Shown: positions 36,804 to 51,407 of the stretch, one piece after another | Position numbering within the stretch: the first letter of the stretch is position 1 | Layout of the letters: each line of letters opens with the position of its first letter | Assembly (NCBI GenBank): GCA_013239625.1 | Contig: MU056029.1 | Location: 682,001 to 746,000, forward strand | DNA length: 64,000 nt | Direction: 5' to 3' | Source of the DNA: Lama guanicoe | Lineage: Eukaryota | Notes under the pieces: model-generated | Databases searched by the model: none | What the model saw: only the letters and a program-made list of their open reading frames with translations | What the model was told of the DNA's origin: nothing | Made by a program: the position numbers and the translations under genes

Positions 36804-39800
36804 TCATTTATTCATTTGTGATTTGACATTGTTGAATGAATGATTGCGGTAGATACAAAATACACTTCAATGTATAGAAAAGCATGGAAAAGGCAGGAGG
36901 CAATCCCTCTCCTGTAAAGATTTCAGAAAGAGACTGTTTGGTTGAAAATGAACTTACAGAATATCCCTACTGATACCAAAGACCTCATTGTTTGACTCCA
37001 TTGTTAGTGGGTCTCCCAGCTCAGGGAAAAGTGTATGATCATCCCTCCCAGGGGCTCCATCCTCATGACGTCACCAGGCTCCAACGTTGCCTCTTGGTCC
37101 TTATTGGGCAGTGCTTCCCCAAGAGACAGATCTTTCTGGGCAAGCAGAATGCCCTCCATCAAAGCATTTGGACATGCAAATGTTTAAATCACGGCATGTA
37201 GGTCACTCGCAAAAGGAGGACAACTATTTCTGGTAACATTTTAAATTTATTGTGATGAGTCAAGGCTAACGCAAGGTGAACTCCTTTTACCATCATCTGC
37301 ACAGCTACATGAGCTCATCCATGTATTAAAAAATGGGTCTCTGGACAGTTAATTGGCAATTTGGCAAATTGCTCATGTAGAATGCAAAAGAAGAGAGTCT
37401 AATTTCAACTTACACCAAGTCTATCTCCACATTTCATGAATGATTTTGATTTTTATCATAAAATGTGAGTCACGTGTTTATTCAGCAAAATGGGAATTTT
37501 AAAAAAATCCCAGCAATCATTAGCTTAGCTTTTTATCATCACAGATGGTGTGAAGAGTGCCTACCTTTCATTGGATGGATTTAGCAGCAGTTTTTCTATT
37601 TTGAGAAACAAATATATTCATCTAAGATGTTGACTTAATTTTTCTCTTTTCATACTACATGCTTTATCAATCTTTGCATCTATGAAATGGATGAATTCTA
37701 AGTCCCTTGGAACAGAGGGTCTTTCCGAAGCTTCTGTGCAAAACAAATGGTTTATTAGGCAGTGTATTTCCCATCAGGATAATTCACATTTAAACCATTA
37801 TTTTGATGAACTTTTCCGTTAGGCCATTAATTTCATTTTCTTTTCTTGTAGAGTCAGTTTTCCTTTTCAATTCATATATTTATTGCTAAACTTTTACTGA
37901 ACACTTGCTTTAGGGCAGGTGTGGCATCGGCCTTGGGGCTACAGTCATAAAGGAGACAGATCCATTCTGGCCTCATGGATGATTTGAGATTGTTAATTCT
38001 CAGAATATAACAGGGAGAAAATCTACAAAGAGGAACGCCTCGACTTCCCTCCCCAGGGCAAGGGGCGATTAAATTCCCTTCTCAGGGTGTTGCCAAAACC
38101 AAGATGTTTGTTTTGGAGCTTAAAGAACATGGGATCTACACCGTACCAGGATGACTAAGACAGCAGCTGCTGTGAGATGTGGCGGGACCAGCTCCAGAAG
38201 TGAGCCCGTAGAGGACGAGGACGCTCAGTGGCTGCATCTCTGCTGTTCAGCCCGCACCTTGTTCTCAGTGCATTCAGAGATGCAGGCACAACCACTGTCC
38301 CCATCCACCTCCTCAGGCCCGTCCCTAGGGGGCACTGTGGACCCACTTGTCTCCCAGAATCACTGTCAGGTGACGGAAGGAATGAGGAGTGACTTCATGG
38401 GGCATCTCAGTCCACGTGTGCATGGGATGAAGGCGCACTTCCAGAAGGCAGCAACGATCCGCTTTTTCCTTACTTATTAAAAGTCTTTTACGGTTAATGA
38501 TGGTCATGATGATACAAACAGGAGAGATCTACAGTCACCGTAAGTCATTTCTCTTTGGGAAGCAATTCCCAGACGGGTTCATTTTCCTTTCTTTATTATA
38601 CAGGGAAAAAACGATTTCAGTGACATCCATCATTGTGTTCTTTGGTTTCTTTCATATATTCAGGGAGAAATGCTCTGAATTGTTCTGCAGGTGGAGGTGG
38701 AGAAGGCTGGTCCAAACTGTGGAGACAACACATTTAGGAGGCACAGATGAGCTGGAAAAGGAATATTGTGTCTCTGTAAACACAGAAGCACGATGGCATG
38801 AGAGCATTTCCACTGTAAAGCTGCAGCATCTAGGAAGCTGGGACAGGCTGTGCCATCCAATTTGTGCACAGTATCCAGTTGGGACCAATCCTACACACAG
38901 GCTAGTGTTCTTTCTCATCCTTCAAGGATTCGTCCATAGTCCTTGGTACTGGTTCCTGAACACTTGTCAGCATCCTAATCCAGGTGTTCTACGTTATCAT
39001 TCTTGATTTTAACTGATAGAGAATCTGGTCATCTTATTGCCTTTTTTAGCCTAAGGAACATGTGCATTCTTGGTACATTCCTTGGTACTTAGCACTTCAG
39101 TGCTGATTCCATCACCTGTCTGAAGCAGTAAGAAGTAAAAAGAAGTAAGCCAGTGGAAGGATCTCATGCTCAAAGGCATGTGTGTCTTTCTAAGAGTACC
39201 TTCTGCCATAACGATCTACCTCTCATTTCCAGAACATTCTTTACACTTCCTGACTCTGATCCTTTGCTTCCTCTTTCATCTACCTGGAATTCCCTTCCGT
39301 TTTTCCTTAGAGTGCTATTATCCAAAAACCTACCGAGAACTCTGCAATCCCTCAGAGTTAGTTTCACCTGCTCCCAGTAGGCCACGAGCAAGCACAGGGC
39401 AGGCATCAGCTGCGGTGCTCTGATCCCGCCTGAGTGTTGTTTTAATTTATTGGTTCTTAATTGCGATGCACATTAGAATGACTAGGGAACCTTTAAGATA
39501 TATAGTCGTCTGGGTCAAACTCCAGACCAAATTATGGATCAGATTTGGGGGTGGGGGAGTGGGGACAGGCAATGATATTAAAAAGAAAAACAAAAGAAAA
39601 ATATACCCAAATGTATCCTCCATGAGTAATTGTAGTACGTGTCCAGAGTCAAGACAGTTCAGCCAAAATGTTAATAGGACAAATAGCGACACCCCTGTCG
39701 TCCATTTAGTTTTGAACAAAGACATTTTAACCCACTTTAAAAATTCTTACAACACAGTCAACAATGAAAGTCATTTGTAAAAGGCAGAATAGGCCCATGC

Positions 39801-41380
39801 AATCTGTTACCGTTCCTGGAATCAACGTAACATAAAATAAAGCCCTCCTGGTGCCAGGTTAGGATTCTTTTCATGTGTGAAAGTCATGTAAGCTACCGAA
39901 TCGTGAGTCTGGGCACGAGAAGGCTGCATCGGGCCATGGAGGAGTAGAGCCAAATGTCTGCGCTGACCTGAGGGTCATGGAAAACAGACTGAGCGCAGGA
40001 ATGAGTGAGGCTTGGCATTTAGGGACACAGGATCTGAAACTGGGGGATCCGCTCAATGTAGGAAGGAAAAGTAGGGTATGGAGATCAATATCATAGGACC
40101 CCAACTCAACCTGAGATCCAGGAGGGGCCGCAGCAGGTGAGCAGTGGGAGCCGAAGGCAAAGGCTCCAGCCAGGAGGCAGCTCGTGTTCAGGTAAAACAA
40201 GGAGCAGCTGCGGCAGCCCTGACTCCCCACCAGCCACACAAGGACTGGCTGCGAGGGCACCGCTGCCGCATCAAACAGAGGGGGACTTGTTAAATGTGAA
40301 TTTCCAATAAACAACACACCTTTTAGGATAAGTGTGTCCCAGATTTGCATGGAATCTGCTGCCAGGATTGGGGAGCTCGTGGCACAGAAGGAAATTTTTC
40401 TAGCTCGCTCCTGAGGGTCACTTCCTTGTTGCACAGAATACACGTCCTCTTCTTGTGTGTCCCATGTCCAGCTGGCTCTACCATCACCCAGTTGACTCCC
40501 ATTAAATCAACTGAAATATTATAGGAATGTTCTCAGTAACAGATGGGCTCAAACAGTTGTGGGAGTCTACATTCAGCTTCCCAGTGAAAGAAAGTCTGGA
40601 CCGGAGCTTAAATCAGATCTGGCTGCATGTCTAAGATTTATTCAAGCGAATTTTTATAATTCTGAAAAAATTTTTAAATTTATTTGAATGATTTTTGCCC
40701 TGAATTTTCCACATATAAATATGAAGAAATTACTGTGAATGATGTACTCTTTATTCTAATAGCAGTTTAGCCTTTTAAACTTGAGGTCCCTTTCATCCAT
40801 AGAAATTGACAGAAATGGCTTTTAACTTTCTATTGATTAAGCATTAAAATTGCCATCTAACCAAAGCTCCAGAGAATCTAAAACCACCTTCAGCTACTGA
40901 TGAGTAAATCACAGGCTCCTTGGAGGAATGGTGGTACAAGGAACACAGGAAGGTTCAAAGTGAACTTGGGATCTTGTGCCATAAAACAAAATAGTGTTCA
41001 GACTGACAAGGTCACATCAAAACGACCCAGGCACTCTGTCGGAGGAGATGAATATATTTAATCTGTGGGACACATGGGTTCATGGAACTCAGAAAAGAGA
41101 ATGCCAGGAAAAAATAGCTAAAACTCATTGCTTTGAAAACTGGTGTTTTTATTTTGCTTTTCCAGCAGGAACTACAGGTGAAGTGAACAAACAATCCTAT
41201 GCAATGACAAAAGCGCTGTGCTGTATAAGAAAATAACGAGTACTGACAGGAGTGAAAGACATCATGGAATTAGAAAAATTATCATTATGGCATCACATGC
41301 GGAACTGGGTTATCTTCATAGAGCTAACACAATCCTACATAGATTAGTTTCAAGGAATGGGGGGTCCCTAACTGTATGTG

Positions 41381-41943
41381 TGTTACCTCAAAAGGAGAAG
41401 GGGAAAGACCCCAGTTCTTGTCGTACCTGAAAGATAAGAATTCAGACGGGAGATGGAAGTGTTGTGTAGTGAAAGATTTTAAAGGATTTATTCAGCAAAG
41501 GGAAAGGACACCCCCAAGAACGGGAGGCGGGCTGACCCGAGGGAGGAAAAATGGTGGTCTTGTCTGTCCCTCCTCTCAGACACTCACTTAAAGGTGGTCT
41601 CTTGATCAGTTGGTGGCTCTGGCCCCTGGAGCGCCTAGGCATGTGTGTCCTCTTTGCGCATGTCCTTACCCATCGTGCATACAGAAAAATCCATGCGGGG
41701 GTGGAGGCAGCTCCTGAACCCCAATGCTGATTACATTACAATGAGCACTGGGTCACGCCCAGCTAGGGTTCCTTCTCGCTACCGCGCAGTTGGAACTGTC
41801 GGGTTCTGACCAGTTTCTTGCTGGCGCTCACTTTGAAGATGAAAGGCCTCTTTGTGCTGGAGGCAGGCATAATGCCATCTCCTGGACCATCCTGCCTCTC
41901 CTCCAGTTATTTGCCGGGTGCCCCACTTATTAACTACCTAACA
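41381..41943 (-). mobile_element. ERV1-like solo LTR inserted in an old L1 3' remnant
   Basis: TGTTACC...CTACCTAACA termini, minus-strand AATAAA at about 41488 and CpG-richer than the flanks. Flanks (about 41000-42600) resemble L1ME/MC 3' sequence. Confidence 0.7.
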
Positions 41944-43567
41944 CATTGAAGGGCCATATTATTATCACCCTAATTCTGGTATCGATCTTCCATCATCATT
42001 GCTCAACCAGATGTCTTGCCTCTTGACGTGATGCAGTAAGAAGTACATAGCATCACAAGGAATGAGTGCTAATCAGTTTTGCATGAATTTATCAAGCTTT
42101 CAGATCTAACTGCCAGTTTGTAGAAACTATAGGAGCTTTGGCATTAAACTGAGAGAGACTACAGAGAAATAACCAGACAAATCCAGGAGGGTGAATATTT
42201 GTCTTAGGGAAATTGGCTTGTAAAAATTTTTTTCCTATAACCTGGCATCACAAATAAAAAAGGGAGGCAGGTGTCCTGTACTGAAGTTCAGGTGATGTGA
42301 GAGGCATCACCACCAAATTCAATGCCTACTCATAGATTTGGATCATAATTTGGACAAGACAACAGGGGAGGATATTTTTTCAGATAGTTGAGGAAATTTG
42401 ATATTGCATAGGACAAAATTTCTGACAACAAAACATACATTGAAGTTTTTGGTAAAAGAGGTGAAAGAAGAAGATACGGAGGCATCCACTGGGGTTAGAG
42501 TGTCAGCTCTGGGTGGCTGTCACTCTCTTAGTTTGTAATCTCTATTTTCTAACTTTGTATAAGCATCATCCAGCTTTTGAAATGGCATAAAAATTATTTT
42601 TAATTAAAAGTTTCAATAAAGCAAATATTTCTGATTAGCACACATAGCCACGTTTAAAAAGTAACTGAACTTTTCTTTCCAGAACTTTGACTTAGGTTTT
42701 GAACCAAATGTATTCTCCTTAAAGTTTCTAAGTTTCTTAAAGAACATGTCTCCTCTTTTGATTTCACGTGGTTTTCCAGCCTAGCCTGGAAGAAATCCTT
42801 TCTAAATCCCTTGAGAAAACTCTTATTTTTCACTGAGCTTCTGATCCTACCAGAAGCAATGTTTGTAAAAAGAAGCAGCACCCATCTCTTTACAAATTCA
42901 GTCTGATGTTACATCAAAGAAATTCAGATAAACACTGAGGCAAGAAGTTTCAAGTTCAAGAGACATTCTTAATTTAAACTTCTTAAGAAGTTTTTGAAGT
43001 TTTTACATAATGATAACAAAAGCTTCAGGAAATAGAATAAAAGACAAATTTAGCAGTAATGACATGACTGAAAGCAGTAGGACAGTGAGCTTTATTAACA
43101 TGTTTATTGGTAAAGGGAAACTAAGGCTAAGAAAAATGGAATCGATTTAAGACCATGTGGAAGAGTTATGGTTTTAAGATTTACATACAATTCTTCAGGA
43201 AAGGTAAATTTTTTCCTAGTGTTTCTGTAGCCAACAGTTTTCTTTTCCAACAGTACCTGGTACAGCGCCTTGCAGAGGAGGACACAGTCAACACATATTA
43301 AATGAATACACGTGTTTCCTTTAACTGAACAAAGAGAATTTTCCCTGCTGCATTTTAAAGGTGTTGCTGCCCAACTGTTTGAAAATAAAATAGTGCTGTT
43401 CGGCAGTGCTCATTTCTGAAAACAGTGCACAACTACTTTTTTTTTTTTAATAGATTTATTCGTTCTATTGAGTACTTCTTTTGGTAGAATGTGGATGGTA
43501 GTTGCCACTGATTACTAGTATGTCCTGAAGATTGATTAATGTTGTTAGGAGCTAAAGAAACGTCTAC

Positions 43568-43712
43568 ACAAGATCTTATGGTAGCTCACAGAGAAAAAAA
43601 TGTGACAATGAATATATATATGTTCATGTTTAACTGAAAAATTGTGCTTTGCACTGGAATTTGACACAACATTGTAAAATGATTATAAATCAATAAAAAG
43701 TATTAAAAAAAA
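43568..43712 (+). mobile_element. Very short L1 3' end with TSD
   Basis: GACACAACATTGTAAAATGATTATAAATCAATAAAA plus A tail. TSD AAAGAAACGTCTA and AAAGAAATGTCTA. Confidence 0.85.
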
Positions 43713-46700
43713 GAAATGTCTAACATTGAGAAGGCTTTTCTAGAAAGAGGGGGACACGACAAGGGAGCTTGGTAGTGTCTCTCAGATTTGAAGAAGTGCT
43801 GTATCAGGGAGAGACCTGTTTACTTCCAGGATGCAGATAGGTTTCTTTGGACTTCGGGCTCATTAGACAATGACTCACAAGGGTAGCTGAGTTAGGAGTG
43901 CAGAAATCACCAAACACCCAGGGCTGCTTTGTTCAGAAAGGTTTCCAAGACTTTCAGCATCCAGTCTGGACGAACAGCCTGTAGCCTTGCCCTCTGCAGC
44001 AGAGTTAATGATTCTGAATATGGATAAAAGGGGAACAATGAATAATGAATAAATTAAGTAGAGGATATTCTCATCAAATATATTTCTTTGGTCATAAAAC
44101 TACCCTTCAGTCCAATCCATTAGACCAGAGGGAAAGAGTTTGCCTTTTTGTTTGTTTGTTTCCCCAAAAGCAGGTCCAAAAGTCAAAAGATGATTTTTAA
44201 ACATCCTTCTCAGAATCAGGTAAGGCCTCAGGCAGATATGCAGGGTCACAGTGCGAAGTCAGGGGCTGTGACTTCTGCATTTTAATGGCTTCACATCGGG
44301 TCACACAGTGACCGTCCACATGAGAGAGGCTATGTTTCAATTCTCCCTCTTTAGATGGGAGAAACAGCAACAGAGCAGGCGAGAGGCACTGTACAAAATA
44401 TGAGTTAGAAAGGAGTGTTAAGTGTCAACTCCTCCCTTCAAGGAATTTAAACAAACACAACTGGAAAGACAAACAAGTAGAAATGTGCAGAGGCTGGCGG
44501 TGCAGGGAGGGTCCCCAGGTCTTCATCACAAGTGTCCGTTACCGGCAGCGAGGGATGGGCGCCGACCGACGCCGAGACGGTGTGCTGGGCTTAGCACATC
44601 TCTCCTGCGTGAGACAGATGGGTCTGTGGGTCTGCAGAGGTCCCTCCACCAAGAGATGCGGGGACTTTGTGGAATCCACCCTGTTGTTCAGGATCAGAGT
44701 TAGTCCTCAGGGCACTGCCGGCTGCTTCCCACAATCTGGTTTGAATTTTGGTTTCTATCCAGCTGATGGTAACTTCTTGTGAGTAACAATGCTCGGTTTT
44801 CTTCACTGTTTATTCTTCCCACATTCCGGAGCCTGTCTGTTGGAAACTCAGTTAGAAAATGTAATTTCTTCACACATGTGAGGAATTAGAAAGGGATTTG
44901 AATGGCAATGGTTTCCTGGGTTTCCAATGACAAAACAGAGGTCTAGTCTGAGATTGGTAATTGATCAGATATAGAACATCCTGTTGTCTGATCAACAGTA
45001 AGTCTGCATTCCACGTCTCTTCGCCATCCTGGACACATCCCTACACCCTTCCTCTTCAAAATCCCTCACCTCCTCTTCTGAACCATTCTCTGGGAGACTT
45101 TTTACGCTTCCTGAACAGCTGATCACTGTTGTTGACATAGGACAGCAAACTCCAGAGCACCTGACGCAAGCCTGTCTCCCCCAGAGGGCAGAGCGGAGAT
45201 GGAGCTGTCTAACTGGGAGGTCCTGTGTCAACGGGGCTTTCCTGGACCCTTCTCTACAGTTAGAAGGACAAATGCTGAGTCCTCTGACACAGACGTGGCT
45301 CAGAAAAGCCGCAGATAAAGAAGAGCATAAACAAGAAGATGAGCGGGAAAAAGCAAGCCACTTTATTCTTTCAGGGGTAATTCCTTCTGGAAAGTCAAAC
45401 TGTGAATCTCCCAAGCCACCCACGGGTGAGAATTCTCCCCTTGCAAACCTCTGGCCCTGGGCATCCTGGAGTTGCTGGCAGTGTGGTCTCAGTTTCTGTC
45501 TCTATTTAAAACATGCTTTTTAATCCTTCAGGAAATGCAGCGATCCCTACAATGATGGCTTTCTCTTAAGTGGAATCTTTCAAGCAACCCTGGGAATCCA
45601 TAGAGGTGTCCGGACTCCTAGTACTGAGCAGATTTTTGTCTGAAATATCTTGAGATGGCAGTTCTCTGGGGTTCAAGTTGACTAGGTCTAACCTTGGCTA
45701 GACCATACAATGTGGATGCATTTTTCTTTATGAAAATTTTGATCTTTAGATACACAACATTCAATTTTTTAGATCACTCTTCTTCTATAATTGGCAGATT
45801 CTACAAATATAATAAATACAGTAGAATCTGTGTTTAAGAAGGAAAAGTAAGTGTGAAGTGATTTTTCCTCCCTGTCATTATATATGATGGCTAACAGCCA
45901 TTCAAACACTTCCCTTTCAAAATTCTTCATCTGTTTTCCCAAAGAATCTTTCTACTTCCCAAGTACACTTTCTATTTAAAAGCTCCCCGAGAAAATGATG
46001 GCTGTTCCTGAAGTCTACAATTATGATTTTTCAGCCCAGAAGGTGTATTATAGTTTATTATCAATATACCAATAGTTCTCTTTCCTGTCGAGTAAGGAGC
46101 AGTTACTTCAGAATAAGGGGGAAAACACACAGGCAAGGAGACGCAGCACCAGGAAACAGCAGGACTGGCTGCAGACTGGGAGCCAACGGATTTTTGCATC
46201 CCTTGTACTCGTAGCATGAGTAGAGGGCTCACACTGTGTTTGCGGTGAAGTCATCAAAGGGCAACGAGGCTGCAGCCATACCGGCTGCAATACTGATCAG
46301 AATAAGGCAGCGCCAGAGGGAGACGTATCTGGAAGGTGGGAACCCAGAGAAAGATGGTGGAAGCCCAGAAACATGAGATTGGAAGATAGATTCAGCCCTT
46401 TGCAGAAACTTGGCCATTGAAAATAAGCCCTTGGAGAAGATGAAGGAGGCAGACCCCTCTGCTTTCGAAAGCAAGGGACATACATGTCTAAAAGTGAGAG
46501 CTGTTGGGAGAGTTGGCCCCTCTGGCTGGTTGCCTAGGCAAAGAGGATTTCACGCCCAGGGAGCTGCGGGGATGAATCATGGGCTGGTATCAGCGGGCAT
46601 CAGTGACTGAAAGGGAGTATTTTCAACGTGCGCCTGGGAAGTGCCAGGAAAGAACTCGCATTTCTAACCATCAGGAGCGCTAGCCTTGCCTGGGGTGTGG

Positions 46701-47575
46701 TGGTAATGAGAACCCAGTGACGCTGGGGGAGCAACTGTTAGAACCTTCATCCCCTGGCTGTCCAGCACTCAGCCGCTTCCAGAGCAGCCTGGACCGTGCC
46801 CAGGAATGATGCCATCTTTGTATACAGACCACTCCCAAGTTAGCTGTGGTCTAATAATTTCTTAAAAGATGGCTGTTTATAACAAGCAACAGTAGATTTT
46901 GATGCTGATCACACCTGTAACTTCTCTCCCTTTTTGTTGATTGGCCTTATAACTTGTGTGCCATTGACCAGACCTCACACCCCCCACCTCCAGCGGCCAC
47001 CTTACACCTTGGCCATTTCTCCATGGAGGTCCTGCCCTCATGCAGGTAAGGTGTTTGGTGTTCTGCCTTAATTCTGAAGAAGCAAGTGTGTGTGTACATA
47101 ACATCCCTTGTGAGAAAATGCTACTTTCCTTAATAAACTAATACTAGTAACATGAGTTTAGTAGGTATTATGCACAGTGCTGAGTATTTTATATGCATTA
47201 AATTCATTTACTTGCTTAGAACTCTATAAATTAGGTAATATTATTTCCCCTAAATGGAAGAACAGAGCAATTAAATCACTCGTCCAAAGATATTAAACTA
47301 GCAGTTGGCTGAGTTGGGATTTTACTATGTCGGGCTCCAGAAGTTAAGCTGTTAAACACAGAGTCACACTGGCCAGAATATACACACACAATCCACTTGC
47401 TGAGTGACGTGTGTGGTTCCCAGCTCTGTCTACCTGAGCCTCTTCTGGAAGCATTTTCTTTGTTACCACTTTACAGGCATTTTAGGTTTAACAACACTGG
47501 GGTGCTAAACTATGCTACAAAAATTTGAAAGATGTTTATAAAGGCTACAGATTGGTAATAAAAAATAGTAGTACA

Positions 47576-48520
47576 ACTTACAAAATAGGAGAAAATATTT
47601 GTAAATGATGCAACTGACAAGGAATTCATTTCCATAATATACAAATAGCTCATACAGCTCAATGTAAAAAAAAAAGATTAAAAAATGGGTGGAAGATTTG
47701 AGTACACGTTTTTCCATAAAAGACATCCAGATGGCCAACAGGCATGTGAAAAGATGCTCAACATCACTAATTATAAGAGAAATGCAAGTCAAAATGACAG
47801 TGAGGTGTCACCTCACACCACTCAGAATGGCTGTCACTAAAAAGTCTACAAATAATAAATGCTGGAGAGGGTGTGGAGAAAAAGGAACCCTCCTACACTG
47901 TTGGTGGGAATGTAAATTGGTGCAGCCACTATGGAGAACAGTATGGAGGCTCCTTAAAAAACTAAAAATAGACCTACCATGAGATCCTGCAGTCTCACTC
48001 CTGACATATATCTAGAGGAAACTCTAAATTGAAAAGATACATGCACCCCAGTGTTCATAGCAGCACTATATACAATAGCCAAGGGATGGAAGCAAACTAA
48101 GTGTTCATTGACAGAGGACTGGATATAGAAGATGTGGTGTATTTATACAATGGAATGTTACTCAGCCATAAAAAGAAAAGAATGAAATAATGCCATTTGC
48201 AGCACCATGAATGGAGCTAGAGATTATCACACTAAGTGAAGTAATTCAGACAGAAAGACAAACACCATATGATTTCACTTATGTGTAGAATCTAAAATAT
48301 GATAAAGATGAACTTATTTACAAAACAGAAACAGACTCACAGACATAGAGAACAAATTTCTGGTTATCAAAGGGGAAAGGGAGGGAGGGATAAATTAAGA
48401 GTTTGAGATTATCAGATACAAACTACTATCTATAAAATAAATAACAAGGTCCTACTGTACAGCACAGGGAACTATATTCAGTATAATAACTTACAATGGA
48501 AAAGATTCAATAATCACTTG
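47576..48520 (+). mobile_element. 5'-truncated L1 (ORF2 C-terminus plus 3' UTR)
   Basis: ORF 47689-47982 ([22 protein letters not shown]...[18 protein letters not shown]) is the L1 ORF2 cysteine-rich domain. TSD AATAGTAGTACA and AATAGTGGTACA. Confidence 0.95.
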
Positions 48521-49394
48521 AAATAATAGTGGTACAGTACGGGGAATCTATGCAGTCTTACTAAAAAATTGGAGCTCATTTTCTGGGATACAGGTCCAGT
48601 TCAACCGCATCGGAGGCTCAAAGGAAAATCTAGGAAGATTTTGTTTCCAAGCTTCAGGCTTCCACTTCATGGGCAGAACAATCTTATAACAACCAAGAGG
48701 GTTCATCTAGATACCCTGACTCCACAAAGTCCAGACCAAGAAAGCCATTTTTTAATTCATATCTATATCCAATCTGAAAGATAAAAGTATTTCCTCTACT
48801 GGTTCTCCTTTACTAAGGGTTTACTACATGTCAGACACTAAACATTTCATGAATACTATCTTATTGATATTTGCAACAACCTTTAGAAATTGCTAACATC
48901 TCATTTTACCAATCAACTTGCTAATCAACTTGTTTTGGTTCTAAGAGAACAAGAGGAAGAGGAAGATCATGGGATAATTTAAGGTACAAAAATCACACAG
49001 AAAGTGTATTAGATGCTTGGAAATAAGATTGTGGCAGAATAAAATTAATTTGTTATCATTTCTGGACATTTGGTTTATCCCAAATCTCAGAATTAATTAT
49101 CCATGTTAAATGAATAATACATGTACTATTTTCTACATTGCATGAATTATTGACTTCCAGTGCTGATCAAGATAGAGTAAAGAAACTGTGTTGAACTTCC
49201 AGTCAGAAACAACTAAACCAGGCAAAATGTATAAAACGATGGTTTTCAGATACTGAACATGAGACATCATAGCGTAGTGATCCCTGAAAGAGAAGAAACA
49301 AGCAAGCTGGTCGTGACCACCCAGCTACTGCGTAGGAAAGTTCCCAGGCTTCAGCGCAGGCTGGGAATACCAGGCTGCGGTCTCCTTGAGCTGA

Positions 49395-49840
49395 AAAGAT
49401 GTTCTTTGTTTTGAAGTTTATTTGTCTGATGTAAGTATGGCTACCAAGGTTTCTTTTGGTTTCCATTTGCTTCTTTTTCTATTCCTTTATTTTCAGCCTC
49501 TGTGTGTGTTTACTGTTGAAGTGAGTCTCTTACAGGAAGTGTATAGAGCCAGCCACTCTAAGTCGTTTGATTGGGCAGTTTAGTCCATTTCCATCTAAAG
49601 CAATTACTGATAAGTATGTACATTCAGCCATTTTGTTAATTGATATCAAGCTCTTTTTGCATTTCCTCTTTGTTGCTTTCTTCTCTTCCTCTCTTCCTTT
49701 GTGCTTTGATGGTTTGTTTAGTGAAATGCTTATAGTCCTTTCTCTTTGTCTTTTGTGTACTTACTATATAGGTTTTTGCTTGTGGTTACCATGAGGCTTA
49801 CTTATAACAGTCTGTCTTAAGTTGATAACAACTTAAATTT
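49395..49840 (-). mobile_element. Older L1 fragment (inter-ORF region and endonuclease start)
   Basis: Similar to 51305-51700 and 55915-56300. Confidence 0.7.
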
Positions 49841-49921
49841 GACCCTGTTGTAATGCTCAACATTATTATTCTGTTGGATTCTATTTGCTAATTTTTTTGA
49901 GGATTTTTGCATTTATGTTCA

Positions 49922-51407
49922 TCAGTGATATCGGCCTGTAATTTCTTTATTGGTAGTGTCTTTGTCTGGTTTTGGTATCAGGGTGATGGTGGTTTCATAG
50001 AATGAGTTTGAGAGTTCACCCTCCTTTTCAATCTTTTGGAAGAGTTTGAGAAATACTGATATGAGTTCTTTGCATGTTTGGTAGAATTCCGCAGTGAAGC
50101 TATCTGGTCCTGGACTTTTGTTTGCAGAGAGGTTTTGGGGTTTGTTTGTTTGGTTTGTTTTTTTTTTTTTTTTGGCTAATTCTTTTTCATCTCTACTGAT
50201 CTCTCTGTTCAAGTGGTCTGTTTCTTCTTGATTCAGTCTTGGTGGACTGTATGTTTCCAGAAACTTGTCCATTTCTTCTAGGTTATCCAGTTTGTTTCCA
50301 TATAGTTGTTTACAGTATTCTCATATGATATTGTGTATTTCTGTGGTATTGGTTGTAATTTCTCCATTTTGCTTTCTTATTTTGTTTATTCATGTTCTCT
50401 CTCTTTTCTTCTTGGTGAGCTTGGCCAGAGGTTTGTCAATTTTGCTTACTCTTTCAAAATCCAGCTCTTGGTTTGATTGATTTTTTTCTATTATTTTTTA
50501 ATCTCTATTTTATTTATTTCCTCCCTGATCTTTATTATCTCATTCCTTCTGCTGACTTTTGGTTTTGTTTGCTCTTCTTTTTCCAATTCTTTTAGATGGT
50601 AGGTTAGATTGTTTATTTGAGGTTTTTTTTTGTTTTGTTTTTGTTTTTGTTTTTGTTTTTTGAGGAAGGCCTGTACCACTACGAACTTCCCTCTTAGGAC
50701 TGCTTTTGCTGCATCCTATAGATTTTGCATGGTTCTGTTTTCATTGTCATTTGCCTCAAAGTATTTTTTAACTTATTCCTTGATTTCATCTTTGACCCAC
50801 TGGTTATTTTAGTAGCGTGTTGTTTAATCTCTATGCTGTTGTTTTATTCTCTTTTGTTTTCCTGTGGTTGATTTCTAGTTTCATGGCTTTGTGGTCAGAA
50901 AAGATGCTTGAAATAATTTCTATCCTCTTAAATTTGTTGAGGCTTCTTTTGTGCCAGAGTACATGATCTATCCTAGAAAATATTCCATGTGCACTTGAAA
51001 AGAATACATAATCTATTTTGAGGGTATGCAATGTCCTGAAAGTATTAACCAATATTCTATTGTGTCGTTTAGTTTCTCTGTTGTCTTATTGATTTTCTGG
51101 AAGATCTGTCCAGTGATGTTAATGGGATATTAAAATCTCCTACTATGATTGTGTTCCCACCCATTTCTCCCTTTATATCTGTTAGTATTTGCTTTATGTA
51201 TTTAGGTGCTCCTATATTGGGTGCATATATGTTAATGAGTATAATATCCTCATCTTGTATTGCTCCCTTAATCATTATATAGTGGTCTTTATCTTTCTTT
51301 ATAGCCTTTGTTTTAAAGTCTGTTTTGTCTGATATCAGTATTGCTACTCCTGCTTTCTTGTAATTTCCATTTGCATGAAATATCTTTTTCCATCTTCTCA
51401 CTTTCAA
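49922..51407 (-). pseudogene. L1 ORF2 endonuclease and linker remnant (frameshifted)
   Basis: KKAGVAILISDK, NIYAPN, IIVGDFN, FSRIDH, SDH and [15 protein letters not shown] motifs spread over ORFs 51069-51407, 50831-51052, 50491-50679 and 49922-50272. Confidence 0.95.
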
